Origin: Vicugna vicugna
Lineage: Eukaryota
NCBI GenBank assembly: GCA_013265495.1
Contig: MU057947.1
Location: forward strand, 506,048 to 570,047
Direction of reading: 5' to 3'
DNA length: 64,000 nucleotides
Shown here: positions 38,295 to 50,554 of the stretch, piece by piece
How the letters are laid out: every line of letters begins with the position of its first letter
Numbering within the stretch: position 1 is the first letter of the stretch
Position numbers and translations under genes: made by a program
The notes under the pieces: model-generated
Database searches by the model: none
What the model was told of the DNA's origin: nothing
What the model saw: only the letters and a program-made list of their open reading frames with translations

Positions 38295-39130
38295 AACCAT
38301 TTTGGAATAATTTTCAATTTACAGAAAAGCTGCAAATATAGTTTGTAGTACATTCTAATACACTGTTCACCCAGTTTCTTTCTCTTAATAACAGCTTACA
38401 TAATCATGGCACATTGTCAACACTATTAACTAGAATATCCAGAAGGAACCCTAATTCAAAATGACACCTGCACCCCAGTGTTCATAGCAGCACTATTCAC
38501 AACAGCCAAGACATGGAAACAGCCTAAATGTCCATCAACAGATGACTGGATAAAGAAGATATGGTATATTTATACAATGGAATACTATTCAGCCATAAAA
38601 AACAACAACATAATGACATTTGCAGCAACATGGATGTCCCTGGAGAACGTCATTCTAAGTGAAGTAAGCCAGAAAGAGAAAGAAAAATACCATATGAGAT
38701 CGCTCATATGTGGAATCTAAAAAAAAAAAAATGAGCATAAATACAAAACAGAAACAGACTCATAGACATAGAATACAAGCTTGTGGTTGCCAAGGGGGAG
38801 GGGGTGGGAAGGGACAGACTGGGAGTTTGTAACTTGTAGTTACTGACAGGCATATGTAGGATAGATAAACAAGATTATACTGTATAGCACATGGAAGTAC
38901 ATACAAGATTTTGTGGTAGCTCATAGCGAAAAAGAATGCAACGGTGAATATATATATGTTCATGTATAACTGAAAAATTGTGCTCTACACTGGAAATTGA
39001 CACAACGTTATAAAATGACTAACTCACTAAAAAAATGTTAAAACATTTTTTTAAATTTTAAAAAATCATGTATAAAACACACACAAAAAAACTATTAACT
39101 AGAAATTAAGATTGGTACAATTGTAGTCAG
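38295..39130 (-). mobile_element. L1MC-like 3' end, interrupted by a young L1
   Basis: aataattttcaatttacagaaaagctgcaaa...cttacataatcatggcacattgtcaa resumes as agaaattaagattggtacaa after the insertion. Confidence 0.7.
38436..39090 (+). mobile_element. Young 5'-truncated L1 (ORF2 C-terminus, 3' UTR, A-rich tail) with 14-bp TSD
   Basis: Uninterrupted frame YPEGTLIQNDTCTPVFIAALFTTAKTWKQPKCPSTDDWIKK...ICGI* from 38436 to 38720. TSD actattaactagaa at 38422-38435 and 39091-39104. Confidence 0.95.
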
Positions 39131-39779
39131 ATTTTTAAATTTTTTCCTTTGGCTTACAAAGGACTTGTAAGAATCCCTTACATATTTTATATATATATAT
39201 GTAGTTTTATTTCATTTTTGACTTATTTGAAAAAATTTTTTTGTTTGGTTGGAACCCATCTTTATTTTCATCCAAATTCTCAAATCTCAGTATTTTTTAA
39301 ATTATTGTACTTTTTGGTTACACACATTTTACAAAGACAAGAAAAAATTGCATGCTGACTTTTTTGTAGTTTATTATCTAATCCTTGACCATATTATTTT
39401 TTGTAATATCTGATAAATACTTATTCTTAAGAGTATAAAATCTAGTTTATTTAACGCTTATGTTAAGAATTTCTCTAAGACCATTGGATTGAGACTATTT
39501 TCCTTGGATCCCTCAATAAGTGGTTTTGTACTTTTGATAGTTAAACTTTTATATCATTAAGTAATTCTGAGTCATTTTTGAAGGAGGCAAAAAAAACTCT
39601 AACCCAATCCTGTACTTAGTTTTGCAGTGGCATCCTGAGACCACATGTCATGTGACCGCCAACAACTAAGTACAGTACTCCCTGAGGTCTAGGGATTGAT
39701 TGAATTTCTAATTGTTAATCTGTCCCTGATGTTAGTTATTGATATGCAACTATTATAGACATAGTGTGGACATTTTAAC

Positions 39780-42290
39780 AATATTAAATATTCCAGTTCA
39801 TAAACACTAATACCTTTCTGTTTGCATCTTCAGTTTTATTTATCAATGCCTTATATGTAGTTTTCAGTGTACAGATCTTTCACCTCTTTGATTAAGTTTA
39901 ATCCTAGGTATTTTATTCTTTTTGATGATACTGTAAATGGGATTGTTTTCTTAATTTCTCTTTCTCATAGTTCATGTTAGTTTATAGAAATGCAACTGAT
40001 TTTTGAAGATTGATTTTATATCCTGAAGTTTACTGAAATCATTTATTCTAACAGTTATTTGGTGGAATCTTTAGAGTTTTCTGCATTTAATATGATATCA
40101 TCTTCAGACAGTTTTACTTCTTCCTTTTGCATTTGGTTGCTCTTTATTTCTTGCTAATTGCTCTTTTTAGGACTTCCAGTAATATGTTGAATAACAGTGG
40201 TGAGAGTGAGCATCCTTGCCTTGTTTCTGATTTTAGAAGAAAAGTCTTTAGCTTTTCATCATTGAGTGTGATGCTAGCTATGGGCTTGTCATATATGGAC
40301 TTCCTTATATTGAGGTACGTTGCCCTGGTAACCAGTTTGTTGAGAGTTTTTATCATATCATAAAAGGATGTTAAATTTTGTCAAATGCTTTTTCTGCATC
40401 TATTAAGTTGATCATAAGATTTTTATCCTTCATGTTGTTAATGTGGTCCACACTGGTTTAATCTGTGTTGAACTATCATTGCATCCTGGAATATAACACT
40501 TGCTTGATTATAGTGAATGATTCTTTCGATGTGTTGTTGGATTCAGTTTGCTAATATTTTGTTGAGGATTTTTGCATCTATGTTTATCAGGGATATTGGC
40601 CTATAATTTTCTTACAGAATCCTTGTCTGGCTTTACTATCAAGGTAATGCTTGCCTCATAAAATGAGGAAATGTTATCTCCTCTTCAGTATTTTGAAGAA
40701 TTTGAGAAGCACTGGTATTAGTTCTTTAAAAGTTACCAGTGAAGCCATCTTGCCCTGGACTTTTCTTTGTCAGTAGGTTTTGGATTACTGATTGAGTCTC
40801 CTTACTAGTAATTGGTTTGTTCAGATTTTCTAGTCATGATTTAGTCCTGGTAGGTTGCATGTTTCCAGGAATTGGGACTTGTTGTCCAATTTTTTGACAT
40901 TTAATTGTTCACAGTAGTCTCTTATCCTTTGTATTCCTGAATATCTGTTGTAATGTCTCCTCATGGATTCGTACTTTTGAATCCTCTTCCTGGTAAGTCT
41001 AACTAAAGGTTTATCTATATTTATTTCTTTAAAAATTTGTATTTATCTCTGTGAAAAAACAGTTCTTGGTTTCATCTTTTTATTACCCTTTTAGTCTCTA
41101 GTTAACTTACTTCTGCTCTGATCTTTATTTTCTTCCCTAACTGTAGGCTTAATTTTTCTTTTTCTAGAAGGTAGGTTGTTATTTGAGTTCCTTTTGCTTA
41201 ATATAGGTGTCAATAGCTATAAACTTCCCTTTTAGAATTGCTTTTGCTGCATCCTGTAAGTTTCGCTATGTTGTGTTTCCATTTTCATTTATCTCAAGAT
41301 ATTTTTTTTTATTCTTTGACCCATTTGTTCAGGAGCATATTCTTTAATATTCACGTATTTGTAAACTTCCCAATTTTCATCTTGTAATTGATTTCATACC
41401 ATTGTGGTCAGAAAAGATGCTTGATATGATTTCAGTGTTCTTATATTTATTAAGACTTGGTTTTTGCCCTAATAGAAGATCTATCCTGGAGAATGTTTCA
41501 TGTGTACTTGAGAAGAATGTGTATTCTACCTCTGTTGAGTGGAATGTTCTGTAAATGTCTGTTAGGGCCATCTGATCTAATGTGTAGTTTAAGTATAAAA
41601 TTTCTTAACTGATTTTCTATCTGGATGGCCTATCCATTGTTGAAAGTGGGGGTAATGAAGTTCCTACTGTTATTGCATTGCTGCCTGTATGGCTCTGTTA
41701 ATATTTGCTTTCTAAATTTAGATGCTTCTCTGTTGTATGCACAAATATTTACGAATATTATAGCCTTTTGATGAACTGACCCCTTCACTATTATATAATG
41801 ACCTCGTCTCTTGTTACAGTCTTTGGCTTAAAGTATTTGCTTTGTGTAATACGAGTACAGCTAATCCTGCTTTCTTTTGGTCTTCATTTGCATGGAATAT
41901 CTTTTTCCATTTCTTTACTTTCAGTCTGTGTGTCTTTAGAGCTGAAGTGAATCCCTTAAATAAGGCTGCATATAGTTTGGTCTTTTTTTTTTTTTAAGAA
42001 TCTTTTTAGCTTCATTATGTCTTTTGATTGGAGAATTTAGTCCATTTATACTTAAAGTGATTACTGGCAGGTATGGACTTACTGTTGTCATTTTGTTAAC
42101 TCTTCTGGTTGCTTTGTTCCTTTCCTGCTCTCTTCCTTTGTGACTTGGCGTTTTTCTGTAGTGGTATGCTTGCATTCCTTTGTCTTTTGTGTATGTACTG
42201 TAGGCTTTTGCTTTGTGGTTATCCTGAGGCTTACATAAAACATCTTCCAGCTATTACAGTCTTTTTTAACCCAGTAACAAATTAGCTTCA
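39780..42290 (-). mobile_element. L1 internal fragment: ORF2 endonuclease to reverse transcriptase region, frameshifted
   Basis: Minus-strand ORFs give VITLSINGLNSPIKRH (EN start), LTDIYRTFH..YTFFSSTHETFSRID..FSDHNGMK (EN) and [23 protein letters not shown] (RT). Confidence 0.93.
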
Positions 42291-42511
42291 TTTTTAAAGT
42301 TGCCTTCTGGATTATTACAAACTCTCATACTTCATAAGACATTTTTCTGAGAAATTTGAGAATTCTTTCTAAAGATACTAATGAATAATTGTACAGCATT
42401 TTGATGCATATATGACTGTCATAGTCTAACAAGTTTTTATTCTCAAATACATGTACATAAATTATAGTTTGGAATAAAAGAACCATTCGAATTTTTCTCA
42501 GTAATAATTGT

Positions 42512-42700
42512 TTGCAGGGAGACCTGGGTTCCAATCCTAGCTCTGCCACTTTTCAGTCTTGTTACATGAAGCAGGTTATCCAGCATCTCTCTGCCTTGGT
42601 TCTCTGTCTGTCGAAGGTAGATCACAGTAGTGAACTGTGGGGGTTTGTGGAGGTCCTACCGAGTGCTACTCTATCCCTTGTCTGGGATCATGTGCTGCTG
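42512..42700 (+). mobile_element. MIR SINE
   Basis: gacctgggttccaatcctagctctgccactt...ctctctgccttggttctctgtctgt. Confidence 0.75.
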
Positions 42701-44223
42701 AGCCATCACTGTAAACCTCCTTGGTAGAGCTAGTTTTTTTCTACTTGGTTTCACACGTCAGAACTTTAAAAAATTTTTGCTGCCTTCATAGCTATTTCAG
42801 AGCCAGTTTCTTCTATTGTTTCTCTCAAATCTCTTATAACTAGGATTCTTACTCCTAGCAAATAATGGATATATTAAGGGACAGGCTATGGACCCCTCTG
42901 ATACAAGGGAGAGAAAAGCACCAGGCTGTGAAGTTTAGTCCTGCACAGCCTGGCTGCTGCGTGACCTCAGGTGCTTCTCTGAGACTCTGCTCTGCATTTT
43001 CCCCCTTTGCAACTGGAAATAATACATGAACGTGCAAGACTGTCATGCACAGAAATGATTTTGTACATTGTCTTTCATATTACAGGAGCTTACACAAAGC
43101 TAGCAAGCGTTATTCTGCAATTTACAAACCTTTCTCAATCTTCTCTCCTTTCCACCACCTCTCCCAAGTCGCATCGGTCTTACCGTATATCATGTCAGAG
43201 GCCTTTTTAGTTGTCACTCTGGAATTAGTACTTCTTAATGAGATAATGTTTACGGCGTTGTTAAAGTGCTATTCACATTGGTCATTTGTGTGTTTGTGAA
43301 CATTACTTCACTTAAGCATGCTGTCATCTTAAGCTGTGTATATCAGAAAATACTTCAGTCCTTGCTTGTCTGAGGAATGCTGAAACGTAACGGGATGAGT
43401 GAGTTAGGATGACTTAAGTGATCCTAATCTGTTAGAATGATTAGGGTGATTTAAACATCTTTAATAGATTCCAGAGTAGGATGATCTAAATACATTAATT
43501 TTCCACATTACATTAAAATAAGAGATTAAGATTGGGTAAGAGTTTTCCAAAATGGAAGAAAAAAATCAGCTACAGTTTCCAATTCCTGTTTTGCAACAGC
43601 TGTGACCTTTGGAAAGTAGGTGAAAAAGATCTGCATGTCAAAGAGCCCTGGCTCCAGTATGAAAACTCCGAAGTGAGAGGACCCTGAGCATCGTTGTAAG
43701 CACAGCTCAGCTTCAGCAGCAGCCTCGTACCCCTGTGGGCACTTGGCACTGCAGCCAGGGTCACACTCTGCTGACCTGCACCTGGGCCAGGTCCAGCGGA
43801 CCCTCCAGCTCGCGTCCCGACTCTTCCTTGGGATGATGGAAGCGTCAGGTGCAGCTGCCAGCCTGTGCTCTGCTGCTAAATAGGCTTCAGGACACAAGGA
43901 TGTTTTCCTCTGCTTTATACTCACATGTACAGTCGTCATTTTGGAAGAACTCTGGAAGTATCAGGGAGTTGTAGGAGGACATGGTTGGAAAACACTTCAG
44001 CTGGGGACCCTGAGTGAGGCGTTACCGTCTTAGGTGGGTGCCGTGTTTTGAAGGAGCTGTGTAGAAGAGGCTGTGGCTGGTAATTCTGAGTGTCTTCTTC
44101 TGGGGGCTTAACCGTGGATCGAATGTGTTTGCTGCAGGGCCCGAGTTCACACTTGATCGCAGTGCGATGCACGGATGGTCTATGTGCTTATCATTCATCT
44201 GTTTGTTTTCCCAGTATAATTGG

Positions 44224-44304
44224 AATTGTTTTAAAAACAATTGTTTTAAAAAATAATTTTAAGAAACACTATTTTAAAACAACAAAAAATTGTTTTAAAA
44301 ACAA
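44224..44304. repeat. AT-rich quasi-palindromic low-complexity repeat
   Basis: aattgttttaaaaa(c) occurs three times (44224, 44239, 44288). Confidence 0.8.
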
Positions 44305-46109
44305 ACTGTTGCAAATTACTTACAAACCTGCATAATTGGATAAAGGAGAGCGTCACCCATATCTGGGTGGCAGGGCCCCTGAGGAAGCACAACTGTCACC
44401 CAGATTTGGGTGACACAGCAGTCAACATGTTAATAATGTGGGTTCAGAAACCCTCTTCCTCTGAGTACTGTTCCACCTTTGACATTATTTGGACCAGAGG
44501 GGAGGATACACGCTCAGCCTGTGATTTGGGAAAGGCAGCCTACCTGTTTCAGCATCCTTTTCTGTACAGCAGGAATAGGAATCCTTCCTCATGGCGTGTC
44601 GTCAGAAGTAAAAGGATAGCAGGTGGGAAGCTGCTCTCAGCGCTGTTGCTGGTCCCAGGGGGACACCTCTGCACACGGGCCGTCGCGCTGGGGTTGGCGG
44701 TGCGGGGAGGAAACCTTCCTCAGCGGGTCCGGCTGGGGCCCATGCTGGGGACGGACTTGCTCCTCCTCTGAAGCACACAAGCCTCCCATTTGCAGGGCTT
44801 CCCAGGCTACAGCACTTCCATCCATCGTGAAGACAGCTGTGACCTTTGGAAAGTAGGTGAAAACAGATCTACACGTCAAAGAGCCCTAGCGCTTTCCAGG
44901 CAGAGAGGGAAACAGCTCTGGAAAAGCCCAGGTACAGCCCGCTGAGGACCGCGGCTCCCTGGTCGCCCCAGACGCGGAGAGCAGAGCGAGAGGGGCTGGG
45001 CTCTCCTTTATCTCCTCCCTCCTTCTCAGCGAGGGCACCTGCAGGCAGAGATGGGAGGGACCCCAGCAAGGCGTGAGAAGATGCCCATGGCCTGCACTCT
45101 CCGTGGTGCCGAGGCCGTCACTTGGCCACTGGATTTGAGTGCTTAGCACTGGTCACACGGTCTCCACCCCGACGGCACAGGCTACACTGACAAAGTGCAG
45201 GCAGCAGCGTGTGGGGTGGAGTGTAGACTTGTCCGTTCTTACCTTGTTCAGTTGCTTCTCTTACACACAGAGTTAGTGTGGTGGGGCATCCAGGCCCTTC
45301 TTCCCAGAACTCAACCGGTGCGGGGCAGGGTCTCCTGGCGGTTGGTACGTGGGGCACCTTGTCCTGCAAACACTGCAGTAAACAGGTGCTGACTGGTGCC
45401 CAGTTCAGACAGATCGGGGTAAATGGGCTCTGCTGACACAGCCTGGGGACCTCGCTTTCTTTTAAAAAATGTGCCATGAGTCCCGGAAGCATCCTCACAG
45501 TGAGTGCGGGCGCTAGAATCTGGCTGAGGACCCGACGCTTTGACACCCAGGTGCCCTGCAAGAGTGGGGAGTGGCAGGCAGCCCCCTGAGCCATCGGGGA
45601 GACAGTGGAGAGCTGTTTTTGTCGGAGATGAACTGAAGGTTTGAGCAGCATGTAGTTTTTTACGTGCTCTGGGAGTTTCATCCGGTTCTTAAGGTGGTGT
45701 CCCAGTGGGTGGCCCTGCAGACCCCAGGGCAAGCCCTCTTCCCCCCAACCCGCGACTGTGGAGCGGTGGGCGGGGCTTGCCGGCAGGTGGACTCAGGGCA
45801 GCTGACCCACCGGGGTGATGGCTACAGCTCGGCTCCAGGTGGCTGTGGAATGGCCAAAGAGGGGCACTGGGAAGAGGCTGTGGAATGCTACTTCTGACAC
45901 CTCGCCTCTCAGGCCAGGGCGGAGGGCGGTCGTGGTCAGAGGACTCACACTTTTTAATTGCTAGGTTTTTGTTTTAAAACTGTGGAGAGTGTCTCAGCCT
46001 CAGAGTCAGAGTTCCCACCATTAATGGGCAGGTGATGTCTGATGAGACACCTGCTACAGCCAGGCCCAGAGACACTAGGAGTAAGGCCAGTAACAGCGGT
46101 GATGGGATC

Positions 46110-46342
46110 ATCGTAGTAGCTAATGGCCTTATGACAACTTAGTATTTGTCAGGCACTTTGAAATTAGTGAAATGTTATAATATAATTTAGTTGTCACACC
46201 GCCCTATGAGGTAGGTACCATGATATGTTCCAGATGGGAAACTGGCACAGAGAAGTGATGTAACTTGCTCAAGACCACAGCTCCTCAGAGGTGGAGATGG
46301 GATGTTAGTGCAGGGAGGCTGGTTCCAGGGCCCATGGGCTCT
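46110..46342 (-). mobile_element. MIR SINE, near full length
   Basis: ccctatgaggtaggtacc...cagatgggaaactggcacagagaagtgatgtaacttgctcaagaccacagct. Confidence 0.85.
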
Positions 46343-46393
46343 GAGGGATTAAAAACGCCCAGGACCCCTGAGGGACAAAAACGCCCAGGGCCT
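46341..46393. repeat. 27-bp tandem duplication
   Basis: ctgagggattaaaaacgcccaggaccc / ctgagggacaaaaacgcccagggcct. Confidence 0.8.
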
Positions 46394-47907
46394 CTGGCTC
46401 ATTTTCAAGCTCTGGTCAGGTTTACCCGGGGTGGCCCAAGCCTCTTCCATGAAGCATCTGCCATGGTCCATGCACATCTTCCCCAGACCTGGCCATCTGA
46501 GAGTCATGTCCAGCAGAGAGTGGCCTGTCTGCTGGGGCTTTGCACTTGGACTTCTGTCTCCACTGCCGGCTGCAAAAGGAAGCCCCCCAGACACCCAGTG
46601 GCCGGGCAGCTGAAGGAAGCAAGCGTCCCCTCCTTGTCTGCCTCCACTTTGTTTAGGTCTTTGCCACATGCATTGTCATTGAGAGCTGTGTGACCCTTAG
46701 TTGACATGGTGACGTCTCTAGGAGCCTCAGATGTTTTGAACAGAGCATCCTTCCACTGACAGGTTCCATTGTTGGAGCCACTGCTGGTTCTAGCATGATG
46801 CACCTTTGGGGATGTCACAGGCCACATGGTAGTATTCGCACAGGACAGCAGTGTGAGGAGAGAAGAGGCTATTTTCTAAGCAGCTGCAGCAGTGCAGCTG
46901 CCATGTGGGTTTGACTGGAGAAATTTAATGTGGCCTGCTGTGTGGAGAACATTCTGGTAGCATGGCGCTCCACCACATTTCTCAAGATTCCATAGTCGTG
47001 GCTTCAGTCCTGCTTTCCCACCTCTGCGGTCCATGGGCCGTGACGGGGCTGGCCCATGGGCTGTGTTTTCCTGAGCCTGCTTTAGGGGCAGTTGCAGGCG
47101 TGGCACCATCGCTGGCGGGACCCCACTACCCTGCCGGTGTTAGCCCTTGGGGATCAGGCCCTCGTCCCCAGTTTCTTGTGTCGTCTTCCACCAAACTGAT
47201 TGTTTTGTGTCCGTCACCTTTGTGTTACTCCCATCTCTTTTTAACTTGAATGAAGCCTTGGTTTTTGAGGAAACAACGCAGAAGGCACAGGCACTCAGAA
47301 TCTAAAGGTCAAAATGCAGTCTCTCGCCAATGGGCAGACTCTGCTCAGAATGGCAAGCTCCAAGACTGTCTACGCACTGGGCCCAGTCCTGAGGCGTCAT
47401 AAAGCCTCTGCGACGACGCTCCTCGTTACTTCGTGGTGATGTGCACACACGCCGTGTTTCTGTCCCTGCCCTCCTGGACATAAAGAGAAACCATTTCAGT
47501 GGGGTTCTTTGGCTAAAGATTTTAAAGCACCAATTTATCTTCCAACATTTTCATTCCTTAGTATTAGAAAAAAAATCATGCCCCTGAGGGTCCCGCGGGG
47601 GCGGGAGACTGGGTGCGCGACGCTGCCGGCAGGGCGTTCCGCAGGCCTTTCCAGGGGTAGATCCCACTGCTGAGAGGTGGTTGGCGGCGTTTAAAAGGTT
47701 AGATGAGAAGTACTGTAATTCCAGGTGTATTGTGCTAACTTGTACTTCTTAAAACATTTAGTTCTGTGCTTTGCGAAAGTTCCTCTGTTGTGGGGTCACC
47801 CTTCTGGGCCTGTGACCCCGGCCGGCTCTCGCGGTTTGTTCCAGGTCGGAGGCTTGACCGGCCGGAGCTCACGAAAGCGAGAGTAGCAGGTGGGAGCCGG
47901 GCGGAGT

Positions 47908-48046
47908 CCGAGCGCAGCGGAAGTGGGGCAGAGCTTAGCCCGAGTGCAGCGGAGGTGGGGTGGAGCTTAGCCCGAGCGCAGCGGAAGTGGGGTGGAGCTT
48001 AGCCCGAGCAAAGCGGAAGTGGGGTGGAGCTTGGCCCGGAAGTGGG
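47908..48046. repeat. 32-bp minisatellite, 4 copies plus a truncated unit
   Basis: Unit ccgagcgcagcggaagtggggtggagcttagc starts at 47908, 47940, 47972 and 48004, followed by ccggaagtggg. Confidence 0.95.
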
Positions 48047-49787
48047 CCCGTGCTTGGCGGATGCAGTGGTGAACGTGGGGTCTGGCTTCGCCCTAGGGCT
48101 TGTTTTCTCACTTACGGTCTTTAAAAATGAATAAAAGTTCCTTTCCCGTGTAATCTCCACTCGAAATTTGAATTTTAGCTTTTAAAGGGATGTTATGTGT
48201 TACTTTCAAGTGACACAGTCAGTATTTTATTTCTCAGCGGAGCTGAGAGGACGGAAGTAGGATGTGAGGTAAGTGGTTCATGCGGATGATGTGATGCTTC
48301 GGAATAAAGCACCCCGCGCCCCCGTTGCTGTTCCCCCTGCCCCCAGCCCGTTGCCGTTTGGGCTTTTAAGTTCTCTTTGCCTCTCCCCTCCCTGAAGGAA
48401 GCTCTGGGATTGAACGCACCTGCCTGCCTCTGGCCCCAGTGGACGCTCGGTGCCTCCCGCCCCAGCCTGGCGACTGCGCATCCACTGCAGGGACTGCTGA
48501 CCCAAAGGAGAGTGATTTCTTTTTGAGAGGAGAGATATTTATGGCTGAAAACAGTGCTAAAAACATGAGAATATTGATCATGCTTTTGAGAGATGCTTGC
48601 ACTGAATCACTCGATATACCTAAATATCGGCTTTATTCTATCTGCCCTCAAAGACAGATTGCCGACACAAAAGATGAACAATCTGGAGGGAAAAAATCTT
48701 ACATCTTTCTGCTAGGCTGTCTTCCCTCCATAACAACAGGGAGAAAAGAGGTCTGTGTGGCTTCCTCAAATAGGGAGAAACACAGTAAACAATGTATTGG
48801 AAGCTCCTGTAAAACTGCCTTGGGTGTACTTGATTTAACTTGGAGTAATAAGTTAAATTAACATCAGATGGAAATTCAAATAGCAAAACATTTAACCAAT
48901 CTAACAACAAACAATTATTCTAAAATCAACATACAAATAAAGACAGCAGAAGACCCATTATCATCTGAGGACCTAATTCATTGTTTTTAGAGGTAATCTT
49001 TTGGGGTTCCTTGGAAATTTATAAAGGGACAAATGAAGCTAATTATTCACCAGTCTGATGTTTTTGTACGGCAATACTTTCCTGTTTCTTCTTTTCCTTA
49101 AGTTTAGACATATTTGGGTTCAGGACTGGTCTATTGCTTTTGTAGTTCCAGGTTGAAGGGCTCCTTACTGGGGTACAGAGTATGACTTGCCCCTGATAGG
49201 TTGTAACCCAGGGTCGTGGTTTTGATCATGTACCTGAAAATTTTTTCTGAACTTTTTCTTACTTGTGTCTGGCAACATCCCTTGGCCCATGGTGTAGACC
49301 CTGTGTCAGTGCACTTGTAGCAGGGCTGTTGGCATGGCCTTCGAAGGAGGAGTTGTCTGCCCTGTGCTTATCCTTTCCTGCCCCCACCTTTCCTTCCCGT
49401 TCTGCTGCCCCCTCTCCTAGCTGAGGGAAGAGCACGCATCTAGCAAGAGTCCCTCATTGCTGGGGATTGCTATGTGTTTGAAACTCACCAAACCAACAAC
49501 CTTGACCTTCTTGGGGAGCAACTGAGAGGAGAAAGAAGGGATCTGTGATATGTGAGGAAGATGGTGTGGCACAGGAGACAGGACGTGTATAACACCCTGT
49601 GGTGGGAGCTGGCAGAGTGAGGCCAAAACTTGGCAAAGGCTGGAGCCAGGGAATCTCTGATGCGGAGCAGAAGGTGGTGTGTGCCTGGCAGTGATGGCCG
49701 AGTGCTGACTGTGGGGGAGAAAGGAGGAGTGAGGGAATGGATTGAGGGTGAGGGATATCCATAGTCATTTTAAGATAGGCAAGCAAG

Positions 49788-50262
49788 TATATTCAGCCAT
49801 AAAAAAAGAATGAAATAATGCCATTTGCAGCAACTTGGATGGACCTAGAGATTGTCATATTAAGTGAAGTAAGTCAGACAGAGAAAGACAAATATCATAT
49901 GATGTCATTTATATGTGGAATCTAAAAAGAAAAAAAGATACAGATTTTATTTACAAGCCAGAAATGGATTCATGGACGTAGAAAGCAAACTGTAGATACC
50001 AAGGGGGGAAGTGTGGGGAGGGATAAATTAGGAATTTGGGATTAACAGATACACACTACTATATATAAAATAGATAAACAACAAGAACCTACCATATAGA
50101 ACAAAGAACTATATTCAGTTTCTTGTAATGAGCCATAATGGAAAAGAAACTGAAAATATATATATGTATGTTTGTTTATGTATAACTGAATTGCTCTGCT
50201 GTGCACATGAAACTAACATTGTAAATCAACTACCCTTCAATAAAACATAAGAATTTTTTAAA
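49788..50262 (+). mobile_element. 5'-truncated L1 (cetartiodactyl-like 3' UTR) with 16-bp TSD
   Basis: End of ORF2 (gccatttgcagcaacttggatggacctagag...tgtggaatctaa), 3' UTR and aataaa. TSD aagataggcaagcaag at 49772-49787 and 50263-50278. The target tttt/aaga fits L1 endonuclease preference. Confidence 0.93.
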
Positions 50263-50554
50263 AAGATAGGCAAGCAAGAAAGATACTCTTAGTAGGATTA
50301 GAGAACACAGTTGCTAGAGAAACAACCAGAGAACTGTGCCCGTTGGTTCATGAAAAGATAGTGTAGCCCTGAGACTGGCGCACTCTCCCTCCGTGAGTCT
50401 GATTGAGCATGTAGGTCATATTTGGCCTGCCCACTGACAGCATCTTAAATTTTAATTGCCAACATACAAAAAAATCTGGAGACTTCACTTTTAATAAAGC
50501 ATGTATGGTTGCTTCTTCATCTTCATCTTCTTTTTCATATGTCATTTAATTTTA

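Noticed and set aside
38478..38720. 80-aa ORF as a host gene
   Set aside because: It is the C-terminus of L1 ORF2 in a 5'-truncated insertion.
39780..42290. Active reverse transcriptase/endonuclease gene
   Set aside because: Fragmented by stops and frameshifts; a dead L1 remnant.
47908..48046. CRISPR-like reading of the 32-bp repeats
   Set aside because: Units are head-to-tail with no unique spacers, and there are no cas genes. It is a minisatellite.
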